Shown here: positions 19,792 through 30,201 of the stretch, in pieces
How the letters are laid out: every line of letters starts with the position of its first letter
How positions within the stretch are numbered: the first letter of the stretch is position 1
Source: Candidatus Poribacteria bacterium
Lineage (GTDB): Bacteria; Poribacteria; WGA-4E; UBA9662
Length of the DNA: 64,000 nucleotides
Direction: 5' to 3'
Assembly (NCBI GenBank): GCA_036339735.1
Contig: JAYZAL010000079.1
Coordinates: forward strand, 69,592 to 133,591
Notes under the pieces: model-generated
Databases searched by the model: none
Told to the model about the DNA's origin: nothing
The model's input: the letters and a program-made list of their open reading frames with translations, nothing else
Made by a program: the position numbers and the translations under genes

Positions 19792-20847
19792 TTGGGAGAG
19801 GGAATTCCGATGTGGATTAAAAAAAAATCAAGAAGATGGTGTACTCGAATGATGATCTTTCGTGTACTAATAGGTACTTGGCTAATTTTTCTGATGAGTT
19901 GTAATAGTCTACAGGAATTACAAAAAGCAAATTTGAAGCGTCAACAGGATGCCCATGCTCGCATGAAGGATCAGTATGTCACTCTCGAGAAACCAAGTGA
20001 TACAAACGTAAACGTTTCCGGAGATGGGCTAAAAATCGATAGTACCCATTACAGTTTATCGTTTAGTGAGGATCTGCAACAACATACTGAATATGATACT
20101 GTTTCAGAGCGTCAGCAGTCTGGGCATGGCTATTTGATCTTCATGGAAAGTTTGTATCAGTTCATATATCAAATTTTTGGTTTTGAGCCAGAACACAAAA
20201 TTCATGTTGTTCTCCATGAAATCTATAGGGGAACTAAGTTAATGGCAACAACGACCGTCCATTCTCAAAATCGCCTTCAATCAAATGGAGAAGTTGTGAA
20301 AATCATTCGTGGAATTGAAATGAATTTCCCTATGAATATGTTCGCGCAACTGCCAGTAAGAGCTCATGAACTAACTCACGCTTTCACACAAATTTATCTC
20401 TTGCCTGCCTGGTTTGCTGAGGGGATTGCTGTTTGGGTGGAGGTTGAATATGCTAAAGGAAGAGATCATCGGAAAGTAGAAATCAACAAAATGAAGTTAA
20501 CACTAGACGGTCTGAATGCGGCTCAAGAATGGGGTGGGGACTTGGATGCTGGAGCAGACGCACTTACTGAATGGAGGTATAATTACTGTTATACAGTTGT
20601 TGCGGAATTAAAGGATCGTTTTGGGGACGATTTTTATCCAAAATTCTTTAGTCTGATGGAAGCTGACAAGCTGTACCAACGTTTACCCGGACAGATGACA
20701 ACTAGTTTTTTGGTTTATTACCTGAGCCAAGCAGCTGGTGAAGATTTAGTACCTTATTTTGAAAGCCTTAAATTCAAAATTAGAAGGTTGTCCAAAGATG
20801 AAATTCTTGATGCTGTCAGATCAGCTAATAAAACCCTAAGGAGGTAA
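19792..20847 (+). CDS. Putative lipoprotein with gluzincin-like metallopeptidase motif
   Basis: Hydrophobic stretch ending LMSC; AHELTH..WFAEGIA (HExxH plus downstream E). True start is probably downstream. Confidence 0.6.
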   Translation: MGEGIPMWIKKKSRRWCTRMMIFRVLIGTWLIFLMSCNSLQELQKANLKRQQDAHARMKDQYVTLEKPSDTNVNVSGDGLKIDSTHYSLSFSEDLQQHTEYDTVSERQQSGHGYLIFMESLYQFIYQIFGFEPEHKIHVVLHEIYRGTKLMATTTVHSQNRLQSNGEVVKIIRGIEMNFPMNMFAQLPVRAHELTHAFTQIYLLPAWFAEGIAVWVEVEYAKGRDHRKVEINKMKLTLDGLNAAQEWGGDLDAGADALTEWRYNYCYTVVAELKDRFGDDFYPKFFSLMEADKLYQRLPGQMTTSFLVYYLSQAAGEDLVPYFESLKFKIRRLSKDEILDAVRSANKTLRR

Positions 20848-20852
20848 AAAAT

Positions 20853-21497
20853 TTGATGTCCAATTTGAGAACCAAAAGAAGAAATTTACCTGTCATCCAC
20901 CGGATGACAGGTAAATTTCTTTCAGTTAGTCTTGCCCTTTTTTTTCCTGTCCTTCTTTGGTTTTCTCTAACTGGCTGCCAAGTACTGAAAATTCTTTCTA
21001 CGAGTCAGCAATGGAGTGATAATTATGTTTTAACGAGTGGAACGACATCTAACGACCCAGCTATGATTGATGGAAATTTAGAAACAATCGGCGAAACGAA
21101 GTACATTGAGTCGACTTCTAAGCAGACAGTACGTGGTTTCATGGTTCCTTCAGAAGGAATAGTTATGTTACCAAAACCAAAGTCAATTAAAAAAATAATT
21201 ATCCATTCTCAGAATCTTCAATCATTTGATCTATTTATTCTAGAAAGCAACGGTAATTGGAAGCATACACAAGAAGTAAAAAATATAACAAAACGTCCCT
21301 ACAATTTAATTCTGAATGTACCAATCTATAGTGCTGGTTTAAAAATTCGAGTCAATAAAACTTCGGACGATGATGCTCTACGAAGGCAAAATGTACGAAA
21401 AATCCAAGGCGTTTCGATGTTTAGTGGACATACCAAGGCTCTAGCAAAAATCAATGAAATTGAGGTCTATGGATTTGTTGAATCGGTTGTACAGTAA
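20853..21497 (+). CDS. Putative lipoprotein with discoidin/F5-8-like beta-sandwich
   Basis: Lipobox LTGC; AMIDGNLET, W..KIRV, AKINEIEVYG. Confidence 0.55.
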   Translation: MMSNLRTKRRNLPVIHRMTGKFLSVSLALFFPVLLWFSLTGCQVLKILSTSQQWSDNYVLTSGTTSNDPAMIDGNLETIGETKYIESTSKQTVRGFMVPSEGIVMLPKPKSIKKIIIHSQNLQSFDLFILESNGNWKHTQEVKNITKRPYNLILNVPIYSAGLKIRVNKTSDDDALRRQNVRKIQGVSMFSGHTKALAKINEIEVYGFVESVVQ

Positions 21498-23790
21498 TTT
21501 CATTAATTCAAAAACCTTGATCGTTCATTTGATCCATGTTTTATTGGCTCATCATGTTGTTCTTTGGGCGGAGCAAGATAGACTATTAGACACCCATTTG
21601 AGTGTTGAACAACAACTACAAAAAGCTCGTGACTATTTTTACGAAAAAGATTACCAATTAGCTCTGGAGATGTATTCGGTAGTTTTTGATGGACACCAAG
21701 GGTTGGATGATCGAGATTTGGATGAGGTCCAATTCAACATTGGCCGTTGTTATACCGAATTAGGAAAAGATAATCAGGCATTGCAAAACTTCAGCAAAAT
21801 CATTGGTCGCGATCCAACAAGTTCATACGCAACTCAATCTGTTTATCAAATTGGAAATTTATTCGTTTCACGATACCAATATGACTTGGCTGCTGGCGCT
21901 TGCCAAAAAATTGCAGAGCGTTATCCACAGACACGTAGCGGAGCTATCGCGAGTTATTTGGCAGGCCAGTATTGGCATTATGCTAATCAAGATAAAAAAG
22001 CGGTTCACGCATACCAAAAATTCTTAGTCGATTATCCAGAGTCGCCTTATCGTAGTAGTGGTTTACAGAGTTTGGTTCAGATTTGGATTCAGATGAAAGA
22101 ATTTGAATCCGCGGAAAAATTACTGACAAATCTATTAGCTAGTCCAAAACTGTCTGTTCCAAACCAAACTGAATTATCTGAGTTGATCGCTGATCTTTAT
22201 AAATCTCAAGGTCGATCAGATTTAGCACTAAAATTCTATGAATCTGCATTAGATAAATCTCCAACCGATACAAATTTATTAAAAAAAATGGGTGAAATGT
22301 ATGCCGAAATAGGAGATCAACAACAAGCCTTACGTATATGGTCTCGGATTGTATCTTCAAACCCCAATCAGTATTACCGTTATCAACAAATGGCTGACAT
22401 TTATGTTTCTAACCAGCTCTATGATCAAGCGATTTTAGCTTACCAATCTGCTCTGAAATTGAACCCAACGAGTTCTTATCTCTATGCTGAATTGGCCGGT
22501 GTACACAAAATCAAGGGACAAATAGATCAAATGGTTGATGTCCTTTTGCAAGCTCTATTGATGGTGGATTACAGTTTCAATAATCGCGATATCATACTAC
22601 AAGAATTAAATAACATTTATGAAGGAAATCGTCAATACCAGCTACTACGTGAGGTCGTTGCAAAATTAGAGTTAAATGCCGTAAGATCGGCGAAACAATT
22701 ACTTACTATTGCTGAAATTCACTTTTACGCTAAAAATTTCGATCAATCTCTGATTTATTTTCAGATGTTCGGTCAGCAGTATCCTGCTGATAAGGGAGAG
22801 CTTTTGAAAAAATACGCACAAATTTTAGATAGGAACGAAAGTGTTTCCGCCGATCAATTTTATCAGGCGTTGATTGATTTTTATCCTGATAGCTTAATAA
22901 AACGCCAAAGTCAACTCAGATTAGCTAATCGGTATCAGGAATCTAATGAATGGGAGCTTTCCTTGACAGTATTGCAGCGTATCGAGAACAAAGACACCCC
23001 AGTTCAGCTAAAAATCGCAGAACTATTACTTCATGACGCCTACCGATTTTTAGAAGCCGAGAGACTATACAAAGAATTGAGTCGGAAGCCTTTGCTTAGC
23101 CGTTATCAGACTCAGGTTAATCTTGGATTAGCCGAAACCTTTCTATTATCTGATCGACCGGTTGCAGCTCGAAGCATTTTGCAACCAATTGCAGACAACA
23201 AAAATTCGATATATCAAGCAAGAGCAATTAAGTTAGTTGCAGATAGCTACCTATTTGAATACAATTTTGAACAGGCTCAAGAAAATTATCAGCGTGTGGC
23301 TCAACTCTTAACCGACTATACGAACCTAGCTTTAGCTTGGTTGATCCGCATCAACACCAGTTCATCTTCAGACCAAAAGTCTTTAATCGTATATATTGAA
23401 GGTGAATATTTAAAACGGCAGGGTCAGATAGAAAAAGCCGTAAAACATCTTCAATTGGCAATTCAAAAACATCCACAATCTCTAATTTTTGATGACTTAT
23501 TGTGGATGTTAGGTGATCTGTATCTCTATCAGAGGAAGTATAAAAGCGCCATTCAAACCTACCGCCAGATTATAGAATCAGAAAGTGGATTGTCAATCGA
23601 AGCTCAGGCGCGAGTCGCTGACATATACCAGTTCGATCTTAACAATAACCATAACGCTTTTGAGCTATATACTCAATTAGCAGACGAATATAGTGATAGT
23701 GTAGTTGCCGCCTACGCACAGCAGCAAGCAGACATGCTTCGACTGCAGCTTATACCCAAAAAACTTGAAAAATCCGGCGGGTTTAAGTAA
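21454..23790 (+). CDS. Large exported TPR protein
   Basis: Many TPR-like helices with YPxS turns (BamD/YbgF-like repeats); start uncertain. Confidence 0.8.
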   Translation: MKLRSMDLLNRLYSNFINSKTLIVHLIHVLLAHHVVLWAEQDRLLDTHLSVEQQLQKARDYFYEKDYQLALEMYSVVFDGHQGLDDRDLDEVQFNIGRCYTELGKDNQALQNFSKIIGRDPTSSYATQSVYQIGNLFVSRYQYDLAAGACQKIAERYPQTRSGAIASYLAGQYWHYANQDKKAVHAYQKFLVDYPESPYRSSGLQSLVQIWIQMKEFESAEKLLTNLLASPKLSVPNQTELSELIADLYKSQGRSDLALKFYESALDKSPTDTNLLKKMGEMYAEIGDQQQALRIWSRIVSSNPNQYYRYQQMADIYVSNQLYDQAILAYQSALKLNPTSSYLYAELAGVHKIKGQIDQMVDVLLQALLMVDYSFNNRDIILQELNNIYEGNRQYQLLREVVAKLELNAVRSAKQLLTIAEIHFYAKNFDQSLIYFQMFGQQYPADKGELLKKYAQILDRNESVSADQFYQALIDFYPDSLIKRQSQLRLANRYQESNEWELSLTVLQRIENKDTPVQLKIAELLLHDAYRFLEAERLYKELSRKPLLSRYQTQVNLGLAETFLLSDRPVAARSILQPIADNKNSIYQARAIKLVADSYLFEYNFEQAQENYQRVAQLLTDYTNLALAWLIRINTSSSSDQKSLIVYIEGEYLKRQGQIEKAVKHLQLAIQKHPQSLIFDDLLWMLGDLYLYQRKYKSAIQTYRQIIESESGLSIEAQARVADIYQFDLNNNHNAFELYTQLADEYSDSVVAAYAQQQADMLRLQLIPKKLEKSGGFK

Positions 23791-23815
23791 CAAAAATTAA
23801 AAAGGAATAACTCGG

Positions 23816-24943
23816 ATGGAACAGCCAATAGTTGGTCATATCCACAAGCTACAAACACTAATTCCCATTATAGATCGTTGTCAAACAGACTATCATAATC
23901 TGAAAGTTGGCCATGATCACTTTTCAGCATCTTTATCGGGAAATGGAGAACAAATCACAAGTCAGTATAATGGTGTAAGACATTTATTTATCGTGTCCGG
24001 GCAAGGGGAAATTTTCCTGGATATTAGCTACCGTACGCAGGAAGGTGATGGCCAACCTTTACCTCCATTTTATGAACCAGATATTTGCGACAGCGAAAAT
24101 CAACCCATCCTACAAACATTATCCGAAAATTTGGATACTATACACGACAAAATCCGACCCGCTGTTGATTCTCTATTAACTCGATTGAGTGGAAATGTTT
24201 TGGTTGGAGATATTTCTTATCCAGTTCGTCAAATGATGGAGATTGGGCTGCCGTTGCGCGAGTGGTCAACTCGACCCAAAGTTCGTAGAGCTTTTGAAAT
24301 TTTGCAAGTTAACTATTCTCAACTCGGATGGTCAACCAAAAAAGTCGCTGGATTTGAGCCATTTGGCGTTGGAGACCAATTAACCATTACCGATGATGAA
24401 CCAATCATTGTTAGAGGTGAGTTTGATTATTTTTGGATCGAAAATACGCAGCTATTTATGACTCATACTACTGCCACTCGGAGACTATCGTATTTGAGAA
24501 ATAATAGTACGTCTTCAGAGAGTAATCATTTTCGCCGTCTACCTCTAACATGGTATCCTCACACAGAAAACGAAGATGAGCCAGATGGTGTAAACAGTAT
24601 AAATAATCACGTAGTTTATTTAACGCCCCAAAGTAACTTCGCCCATTACCATCCTTCAAGTCCAGTTGGAGGCGGTTCAGCCGAAACCCAGATTTATTTG
24701 ATTATGGACGCTACTCAAACTTTAGCTACCGAGGGTTGGGTAAAGCCCCAAAACAGATCTGGAAACTTAAGAATTTACCCTAAATTAGATGATCCTAGCT
24801 ATTACCAAGATATGTCACTTGATCCCGGTAGTGTAGTCTACATTCCTCCAGATCTAGGACACTATGGTCTTGATCTGCTTGCCAATATCATTTCTTTTCC
24901 AGGTTTTAAACCAAATAATATGATTCCTATTCATTCTTCCTAA
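23816..24943 (+). CDS. Hypothetical protein with cupin-like metal motifs
   Basis: AHYHP..E..IYLI and GSVVYIPPDLGH resemble cupin motifs 1 and 2. Confidence 0.5.
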   Translation: MEQPIVGHIHKLQTLIPIIDRCQTDYHNLKVGHDHFSASLSGNGEQITSQYNGVRHLFIVSGQGEIFLDISYRTQEGDGQPLPPFYEPDICDSENQPILQTLSENLDTIHDKIRPAVDSLLTRLSGNVLVGDISYPVRQMMEIGLPLREWSTRPKVRRAFEILQVNYSQLGWSTKKVAGFEPFGVGDQLTITDDEPIIVRGEFDYFWIENTQLFMTHTTATRRLSYLRNNSTSSESNHFRRLPLTWYPHTENEDEPDGVNSINNHVVYLTPQSNFAHYHPSSPVGGGSAETQIYLIMDATQTLATEGWVKPQNRSGNLRIYPKLDDPSYYQDMSLDPGSVVYIPPDLGHYGLDLLANIISFPGFKPNNMIPIHSS

Positions 24944-24967
24944 GTTACTCTTTACGTTCTGATTCCT

Positions 24968-25897
24968 ATGTTAGTCGATATACCTGATTTCGCTATTATT
25001 GCCAATCCTGTCTCGGGTCGCCGAAGATCAGTCAAAATAGCAACGATGGCCTATCAGAAATTGCTAAGATACCAGCCAAAAGGTAAGTTATATTTTACTC
25101 AATCAAAAGGTGATGCTTATCGACTAGCCGAAATTGCTCTAGAGGAAGGTTATAGTTTCATCGTAGCTTGTGGTGGTGATGGTACAATACACGAGGTACT
25201 TAATGCTATTTGTCAGTCCGAAAAAGATTCGACCCTAGGTATTCTACCTAGTGGAAAAGGTAATGACTTAGCAAGAGAACTTAACATACCCAGTCAACCA
25301 ACACGTGCCGTCAACATTCTGTTGTCGGGGCAAGCCAAATATATTGATGTAGGCGAGGTTTGTAGCTTAACGACTGAAAACAGTCAATCATCCAAAAAGT
25401 ATTTTAGCACCATTTTTACTTGCGGTTTCGATGCAGAAGTTGGGCGACGAGTTACAGAAGACAAGGTTTCTTCCCATTTCTGGGGAAGTCTTGCATATGT
25501 GGTGACTGCAGTTACTACACTACCTATTTTTCAACCACCGACAGCTATTATTAAGGGTGATTTTGGCATTTACCAGGGACCAATCTTAATTTGCTCTACA
25601 GGTATTACAACTAGTTATGGTGGAGGAATGCGCATCTTACCCAATGCTGTGCTAGACGATGGACAACTTGACGTTTGTATTATTAAACCAGTGTCAAATT
25701 GGACCGTTTTATTTATGTTGGCAAAACTTTTTTGGGGCGGACACCAGAACCATCGGGCTGTCAATATTTTTCGAACTACTAACTTATCAATTTCGACTGA
25801 TCCACCGATGAAAATATACGCTGACGGTGAATATATGGGTGACACACCGAAACATATTCAGATATTATCTAAGCGATTGAAAGTCATCGTTCCATAG
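24968..25897 (+). CDS. Diacylglycerol/lipid kinase (YegS/DgkB family)
   Basis: NPVSG, GGDGTIHEV, LPSGKGND, YGGG, DDGQLD, ADGE. Confidence 0.92.
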   Translation: MLVDIPDFAIIANPVSGRRRSVKIATMAYQKLLRYQPKGKLYFTQSKGDAYRLAEIALEEGYSFIVACGGDGTIHEVLNAICQSEKDSTLGILPSGKGNDLARELNIPSQPTRAVNILLSGQAKYIDVGEVCSLTTENSQSSKKYFSTIFTCGFDAEVGRRVTEDKVSSHFWGSLAYVVTAVTTLPIFQPPTAIIKGDFGIYQGPILICSTGITTSYGGGMRILPNAVLDDGQLDVCIIKPVSNWTVLFMLAKLFWGGHQNHRAVNIFRTTNLSISTDPPMKIYADGEYMGDTPKHIQILSKRLKVIVP

Positions 25898-25900
25898 TTA

Positions 25901-26470
25901 TTAATCTGGGAAATTCAGGAAATTACTCAGTAATTTTTTCCCTTCTTTTGTTAAAATTGATTCTGGATGAAATTGCACTCCGAAAACAGGTAGATCCGTA
26001 TGTTGAATACCCATGATTTCGTTGTCTTCAGTCCAAGCTGTAATAGTCAAACAATCAGGCTTCGACAAAGGATTAAGTATTAATGAATGGTATCGAGTAG
26101 CCTCAAATGGATTCGGCAAATTATTGAAAATTCCTTGGTTTTTATGCTGAATCATCGATGTTTTTCCATGCATTAGCTTATCTGCACGAACGATTTGTCC
26201 ACCGAACACCTGACCTATACACTGATGCCCCAGACAAACTCCTAAAAGTGGTAATTGATCACAAAAATATTCGATGACTTGACAAGAAATACCAGCTTCA
26301 TTTGGACTACAAGGACCAGGAGAAATGACGAGTTTTTCCGGCTGAAGTGCTTCGATTTCAGGAATCGTAATCTTATCATTTCGGAAAATCTGCAAATCAG
26401 CACCCAGTTCACCAAAATACTGTACCAAGTTGTAGGTAAAGGAATCGTAATTATCAATCATTAATATCAT
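25901..26470 (-). CDS. trpG: Anthranilate/aminodeoxychorismate synthase glutamine amidotransferase
   Basis: [28 protein letters not shown]; adjacent to trpE. Confidence 0.93.
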   Translation of the reverse strand: MILMIDNYDSFTYNLVQYFGELGADLQIFRNDKITIPEIEALQPEKLVISPGPCSPNEAGISCQVIEYFCDQLPLLGVCLGHQCIGQVFGGQIVRADKLMHGKTSMIQHKNQGIFNNLPNPFEATRYHSLILNPLSKPDCLTITAWTEDNEIMGIQHTDLPVFGVQFHPESILTKEGKKLLSNFLNFPD

Positions 26471-26532
26471 TAGTCTTTCCTGTCGATCTTTCCGTCGAAC
26501 TCGTATGGGAAAGTGAACGTTTGTTTTCCCGT

Positions 26533-28017
26533 CTACTGATGTGCAATCTCGATGGCTCTTATAACGGCTTTAGCCTTATTGACAGTTTCTTCAAATTCCG
26601 CATCTGATATTGAATCAGCGACTATACCACCTCCAGCTTGTACGTGTGCTATTCCATCCTTTACTACGATTGTGCGTATGGTTATAGCGGTATCCGCATT
26701 ACCACTAAAACTAAAATAGCCAACTGCTCCACCATAAGTGCCACGGCGAGTGGGTTCAACTTCATCAATAATTTCCATGGCTCGGATCTTGGGTGCACCA
26801 GACAAGGTTCCAGCTGGGAAACAAGCCCTGATCACATCGAATGCCGTCTTGCCAGAACGCAATTTTCCAGTTACACGTGACACGATGTGCATTACATGCG
26901 AATAGCGTTCTATTATCATCATTTCATTGACTTGGACACTCTTATATTCACAGACTCGACCTAGGTCATTCCGTCCTAAATCTACTAACATCACATGCTC
27001 AGCACGTTCTTTAGGATCAGAAATTAACTGATCGGCTAGAGCATCATCTTCAATTGGTGTTTTCCCTCGTGGTTTAGTTCCAGCAATTGGACATGTCTCT
27101 ACTAACCCATCCTCAACTCTTACCATCATCTCTGGAGAAGCCCCCGCAATTTGTAATCCATTTCCCAGCTGTAAGTAGTACATATAGGGAGATGGGTTCA
27201 CTGCTCGTAAGGCTCGATATACTGAAAATGTATCAGCGTTTATAGGCCGACTAAACCGCTGTGAAGGAACTACCTGAATAATATCACCAGCCGCAATGTA
27301 CTCTTTGGCTTTTTCGATTACACACTCGTAGTCTGATCTGACAAAATTGGATACTATACTGTTATGACTGTTTAATACTTGTTGTTCTTCTAATTGTAGG
27401 GGCTGGTTCAGTTTGTGAATAATAGAATCAATTTGGGCTACAGCTTGTTCATATGCTGAGCATACATCATCTTCAATATGCGCATTGGCAACTACCATGA
27501 TTTGGTGCTTCGCATGATCAAAAATCAGCAAAGTTTCCGTGATCATAAAACTGCAATCAGGAAGGTTTAGATCATCTAATGTACCATCAGGTAAGTCTTC
27601 AAAAAAACGAACTATATCATAACTAAGAAATCCAACTGCACCACCATGAAACCGAGGTAATCCTTCAACCAAAACTGGTTTATAGCCTTCCATCAAGCGT
27701 TCGAGGTCTCCAAAAGGGTCTTGACTATCGAAATTATCAACGCTATTGTCTTGAAAATTCCTTATCGTAACCGAGTTATCTTTGCTTTCAAATAATAGAG
27801 ATGGATTACTCCCGAGAAAGGAATAACGAGCTACATTTTCTCCACCTTCTACACTTTCTAGTAAAAAAGCGTAACCATCAGAGCGAATTTTATAAAAAGC
27901 CGAAACGGGAGTTTCTAAATCCGCTAAAATGGTTTTATAGACAGGTATCAAATTTCCATTCCGGCTAAGTTGTCGAAATTGATCTAAATCTGGAAAATGT
28001 CGGCTGGAATCGATCAT
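26533..28017 (-). CDS. trpE: Anthranilate synthase component I
   Basis: [42 protein letters not shown]. Confidence 0.95.
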   Translation of the reverse strand: MIDSSRHFPDLDQFRQLSRNGNLIPVYKTILADLETPVSAFYKIRSDGYAFLLESVEGGENVARYSFLGSNPSLLFESKDNSVTIRNFQDNSVDNFDSQDPFGDLERLMEGYKPVLVEGLPRFHGGAVGFLSYDIVRFFEDLPDGTLDDLNLPDCSFMITETLLIFDHAKHQIMVVANAHIEDDVCSAYEQAVAQIDSIIHKLNQPLQLEEQQVLNSHNSIVSNFVRSDYECVIEKAKEYIAAGDIIQVVPSQRFSRPINADTFSVYRALRAVNPSPYMYYLQLGNGLQIAGASPEMMVRVEDGLVETCPIAGTKPRGKTPIEDDALADQLISDPKERAEHVMLVDLGRNDLGRVCEYKSVQVNEMMIIERYSHVMHIVSRVTGKLRSGKTAFDVIRACFPAGTLSGAPKIRAMEIIDEVEPTRRGTYGGAVGYFSFSGNADTAITIRTIVVKDGIAHVQAGGGIVADSISDAEFEETVNKAKAVIRAIEIAHQ

Positions 28018-28043
28018 AAGGCTTCTTTATCCATTGACAAAAT

Positions 28044-28427
28044 TTAAGTATAAACTTGATCAGGTTCAAAGACTTTCTGACCCACGATCTTAGTTTGTTC
28101 TCCTGCCATGGAAATTTCTCTGAAGAAACAGGAATTATATCCCATATGACAGGCTCCTCCCTTCTGCTCAACCTTTATCAATAAAGCGTCGCCGTCGCAA
28201 TCCACCGAAACTGACTTGACTGTTTGCGTATGTCCAGAGGTCTGTCCCTTAATCCAGAATTCTTGTCGCGACCTGCTCCAGAAACAAGCGAGGTTCCCAA
28301 CTATTGTTTTTTTTACGGCTTCTCGATTCATGTAGGCAACCATCAGAACTTGGTTAGTATTAATATCCTGAACGACTGCAGTAATTAAGCCTTTCTCATC
28401 GAATTTTAGTTGATCTAGAATCTCCAT
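28044..28427 (-). CDS. hisI: Phosphoribosyl-AMP cyclohydrolase
   Basis: [31 protein letters not shown]. Confidence 0.96.
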   Translation of the reverse strand: MEILDQLKFDEKGLITAVVQDINTNQVLMVAYMNREAVKKTIVGNLACFWSRSRQEFWIKGQTSGHTQTVKSVSVDCDGDALLIKVEQKGGACHMGYNSCFFREISMAGEQTKIVGQKVFEPDQVYT

Positions 28428-28450
28428 ATTTTCCTTATGAAACTGAATGC

Positions 28451-28505
28451 AAACAAAAAGCCGCAGGCTGTTCCCACAACAATGGTGGGATTATACCTAC
28501 GGCTT
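28451..28505 (-). terminator. Intrinsic terminator/attenuator hairpin in the hisI-trpE-trpG leader
   Basis: Minus strand AAGCCGUAGG..UCCCAC-loop-GUGGGA..CCUGCGGCUU followed by UUUGUUU, ending about 25 nt before the hisI start. Confidence 0.7.
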
Positions 28506-28688
28506 ACTACTTACTCTGTATTAGTCAGGAATAGACTCAATCTCTACTCACACGCCAGCACAAGTTCAAAAATCTAACACCAATGATGGAATAGGCAAAC
28601 AGCCGATTTTATGAATAGATCCGTCCGAAAGGTGTTCGCTTAGCAATACTTGACTTAGTTAGTTAAAAACTACTCACGATTAAAATTT

Positions 28689-28717
28689 AGATTATCATAC
28701 GAAATTCTATCTGTCAA
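28689..28717 (-). promoter_or_regulatory. Putative sigma70 promoter for hisI-trpE-trpG
   Basis: Minus strand TTGACA-N17-TAATCT with TG extension; implies a leader of about 255 nt. Confidence 0.55.
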
Positions 28718-28745
28718 TAGTGCGACATACATCCAAATCGCAAGC

Positions 28746-28774
28746 TAGACTTTAGGCAGTGGGTATTATACAAT
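28746..28774 (+). promoter_or_regulatory. Putative sigma70 promoter for sulfatase-GH95
   Basis: TAGACT-N17-TACAAT. Confidence 0.5.
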
Positions 28775-28818
28775 CTCTTTCCACTACTACCCCATATCAA
28801 TATCAAAGTTGACAATCC

Positions 28819-30201
28819 TTGAAAACAAGGAGCAGAAGATTTATGAATCAGCCTAATTTTATTATTTTTCTTACTGATGATCAGGGTTATGGAGACCTAT
28901 CTTGTATGGGAGCTACAGATTTTCGCACACCGAATTTGGACCGTATGGCAAATAGTGGTGTTCGGTTTACTGACTGGTATTCTAATTCACCTGTTTGCTC
29001 TCCTTCACGTGCTGCTTTATTGACCGGACGATATCCAGGTAACGCCGGCGTACGATCGATTTTGGCTGGTCACCGAACAGCCACTGGTTTACCATCCGAA
29101 GTACCTACTATCGCTTACGCATTGAAAAAGCTAGGATATTACACTGCAATGTCAGGTAAATGGCATCTTGGGTTGGCTGATGGATCTCGGCCAGAAAACC
29201 ATAGCTTTGACGATTGGTTCGGTTTTATGGCGGGTTGTATCGATTTTTATTCACATATCTTTTACTGGCAGATGAATCGAGATGGAAGATCACAATTTCA
29301 TGATTTATGGGAAAATGGAACTGAGATTTACCGAGACGGTGAATATTTCACTGAGTTGATCACGGAATACGCAGTCAAGTATATTCGCGAATCTATTAGA
29401 CAAAACAAGCCTTTTTTCCTGTATATACCTTACAATGCTCCACATTACCCAATGCATGCACCTGCTAAATATGTAGAACGGTTTCCAAAATTAAGTTGGG
29501 ATCGGCAAATTATGGCTGCTATGTTATCAGCCGTAGACGACAGTGTAGGCCAAATTCTTAACGAAGTGGAGCGACAAGGTTTGTTAGACAATACTTTTAC
29601 TTATTTCCAGAGCGATAATGGTCCATCTCGTGAGACTCGAAATTGGTTAGATGGAACTCAAGACCCTTATTATGGCGGATCAGCTGGCCGGTTGAAAGGT
29701 CATAAATTTAGCTTATATGATGGAGGCATACGTTCGCCTGGAATTATGAGTTGGCCCGATAGAATCCCACCGCTTCAGGTCATTAGCGAACCAGGAGTAG
29801 CCATGGATGTATTTCCGACTTTCGTTTCAGCAGCTGGTGGTAATATGTCTGATTATCAACTAGATGGAAAAAATATTTTGCCAATGTTAACTGATGGGGA
29901 GCCTTCTCCACATGAAGCCATATTTTGGGAGATGGGAGCACAGACAGCAGTCCGGCGAGGGAAGTGGAAGTTAGTATTGAAAGGTCAGTTAGTCGAAGGG
30001 ACATCAGCAGAAAATGAAGTTCACTTAGCTAACTTGGAAACTGATATGGAAGAACGAAACAATCTGAAAGACGAATACCCAGACCTGACGGCTGCATTGA
30101 CCCAACTCGCTCAAACTTGGAGGGAAGAAATTGAGGATCGTTGGCAGAATGAGTGGTTGCCAAAATCTAATGGCACTACAGGACACGTTACCCAAAAATG
30201 A
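28819..30201 (+). CDS. Cys-type sulfatase, no signal peptide (likely start ATG 28843)
   Basis: [39 protein letters not shown] before 28843. Confidence 0.95.
   Translation: MKTRSRRFMNQPNFIIFLTDDQGYGDLSCMGATDFRTPNLDRMANSGVRFTDWYSNSPVCSPSRAALLTGRYPGNAGVRSILAGHRTATGLPSEVPTIAYALKKLGYYTAMSGKWHLGLADGSRPENHSFDDWFGFMAGCIDFYSHIFYWQMNRDGRSQFHDLWENGTEIYRDGEYFTELITEYAVKYIRESIRQNKPFFLYIPYNAPHYPMHAPAKYVERFPKLSWDRQIMAAMLSAVDDSVGQILNEVERQGLLDNTFTYFQSDNGPSRETRNWLDGTQDPYYGGSAGRLKGHKFSLYDGGIRSPGIMSWPDRIPPLQVISEPGVAMDVFPTFVSAAGGNMSDYQLDGKNILPMLTDGEPSPHEAIFWEMGAQTAVRRGKWKLVLKGQLVEGTSAENEVHLANLETDMEERNNLKDEYPDLTAALTQLAQTWREEIEDRWQNEWLPKSNGTTGHVTQK

Noticed and set aside
28428-28690. T-box riboswitch before hisI-trpE
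   Set aside because: No GGUGGNACC T-box consensus or recognisable stem I motifs on the minus strand.
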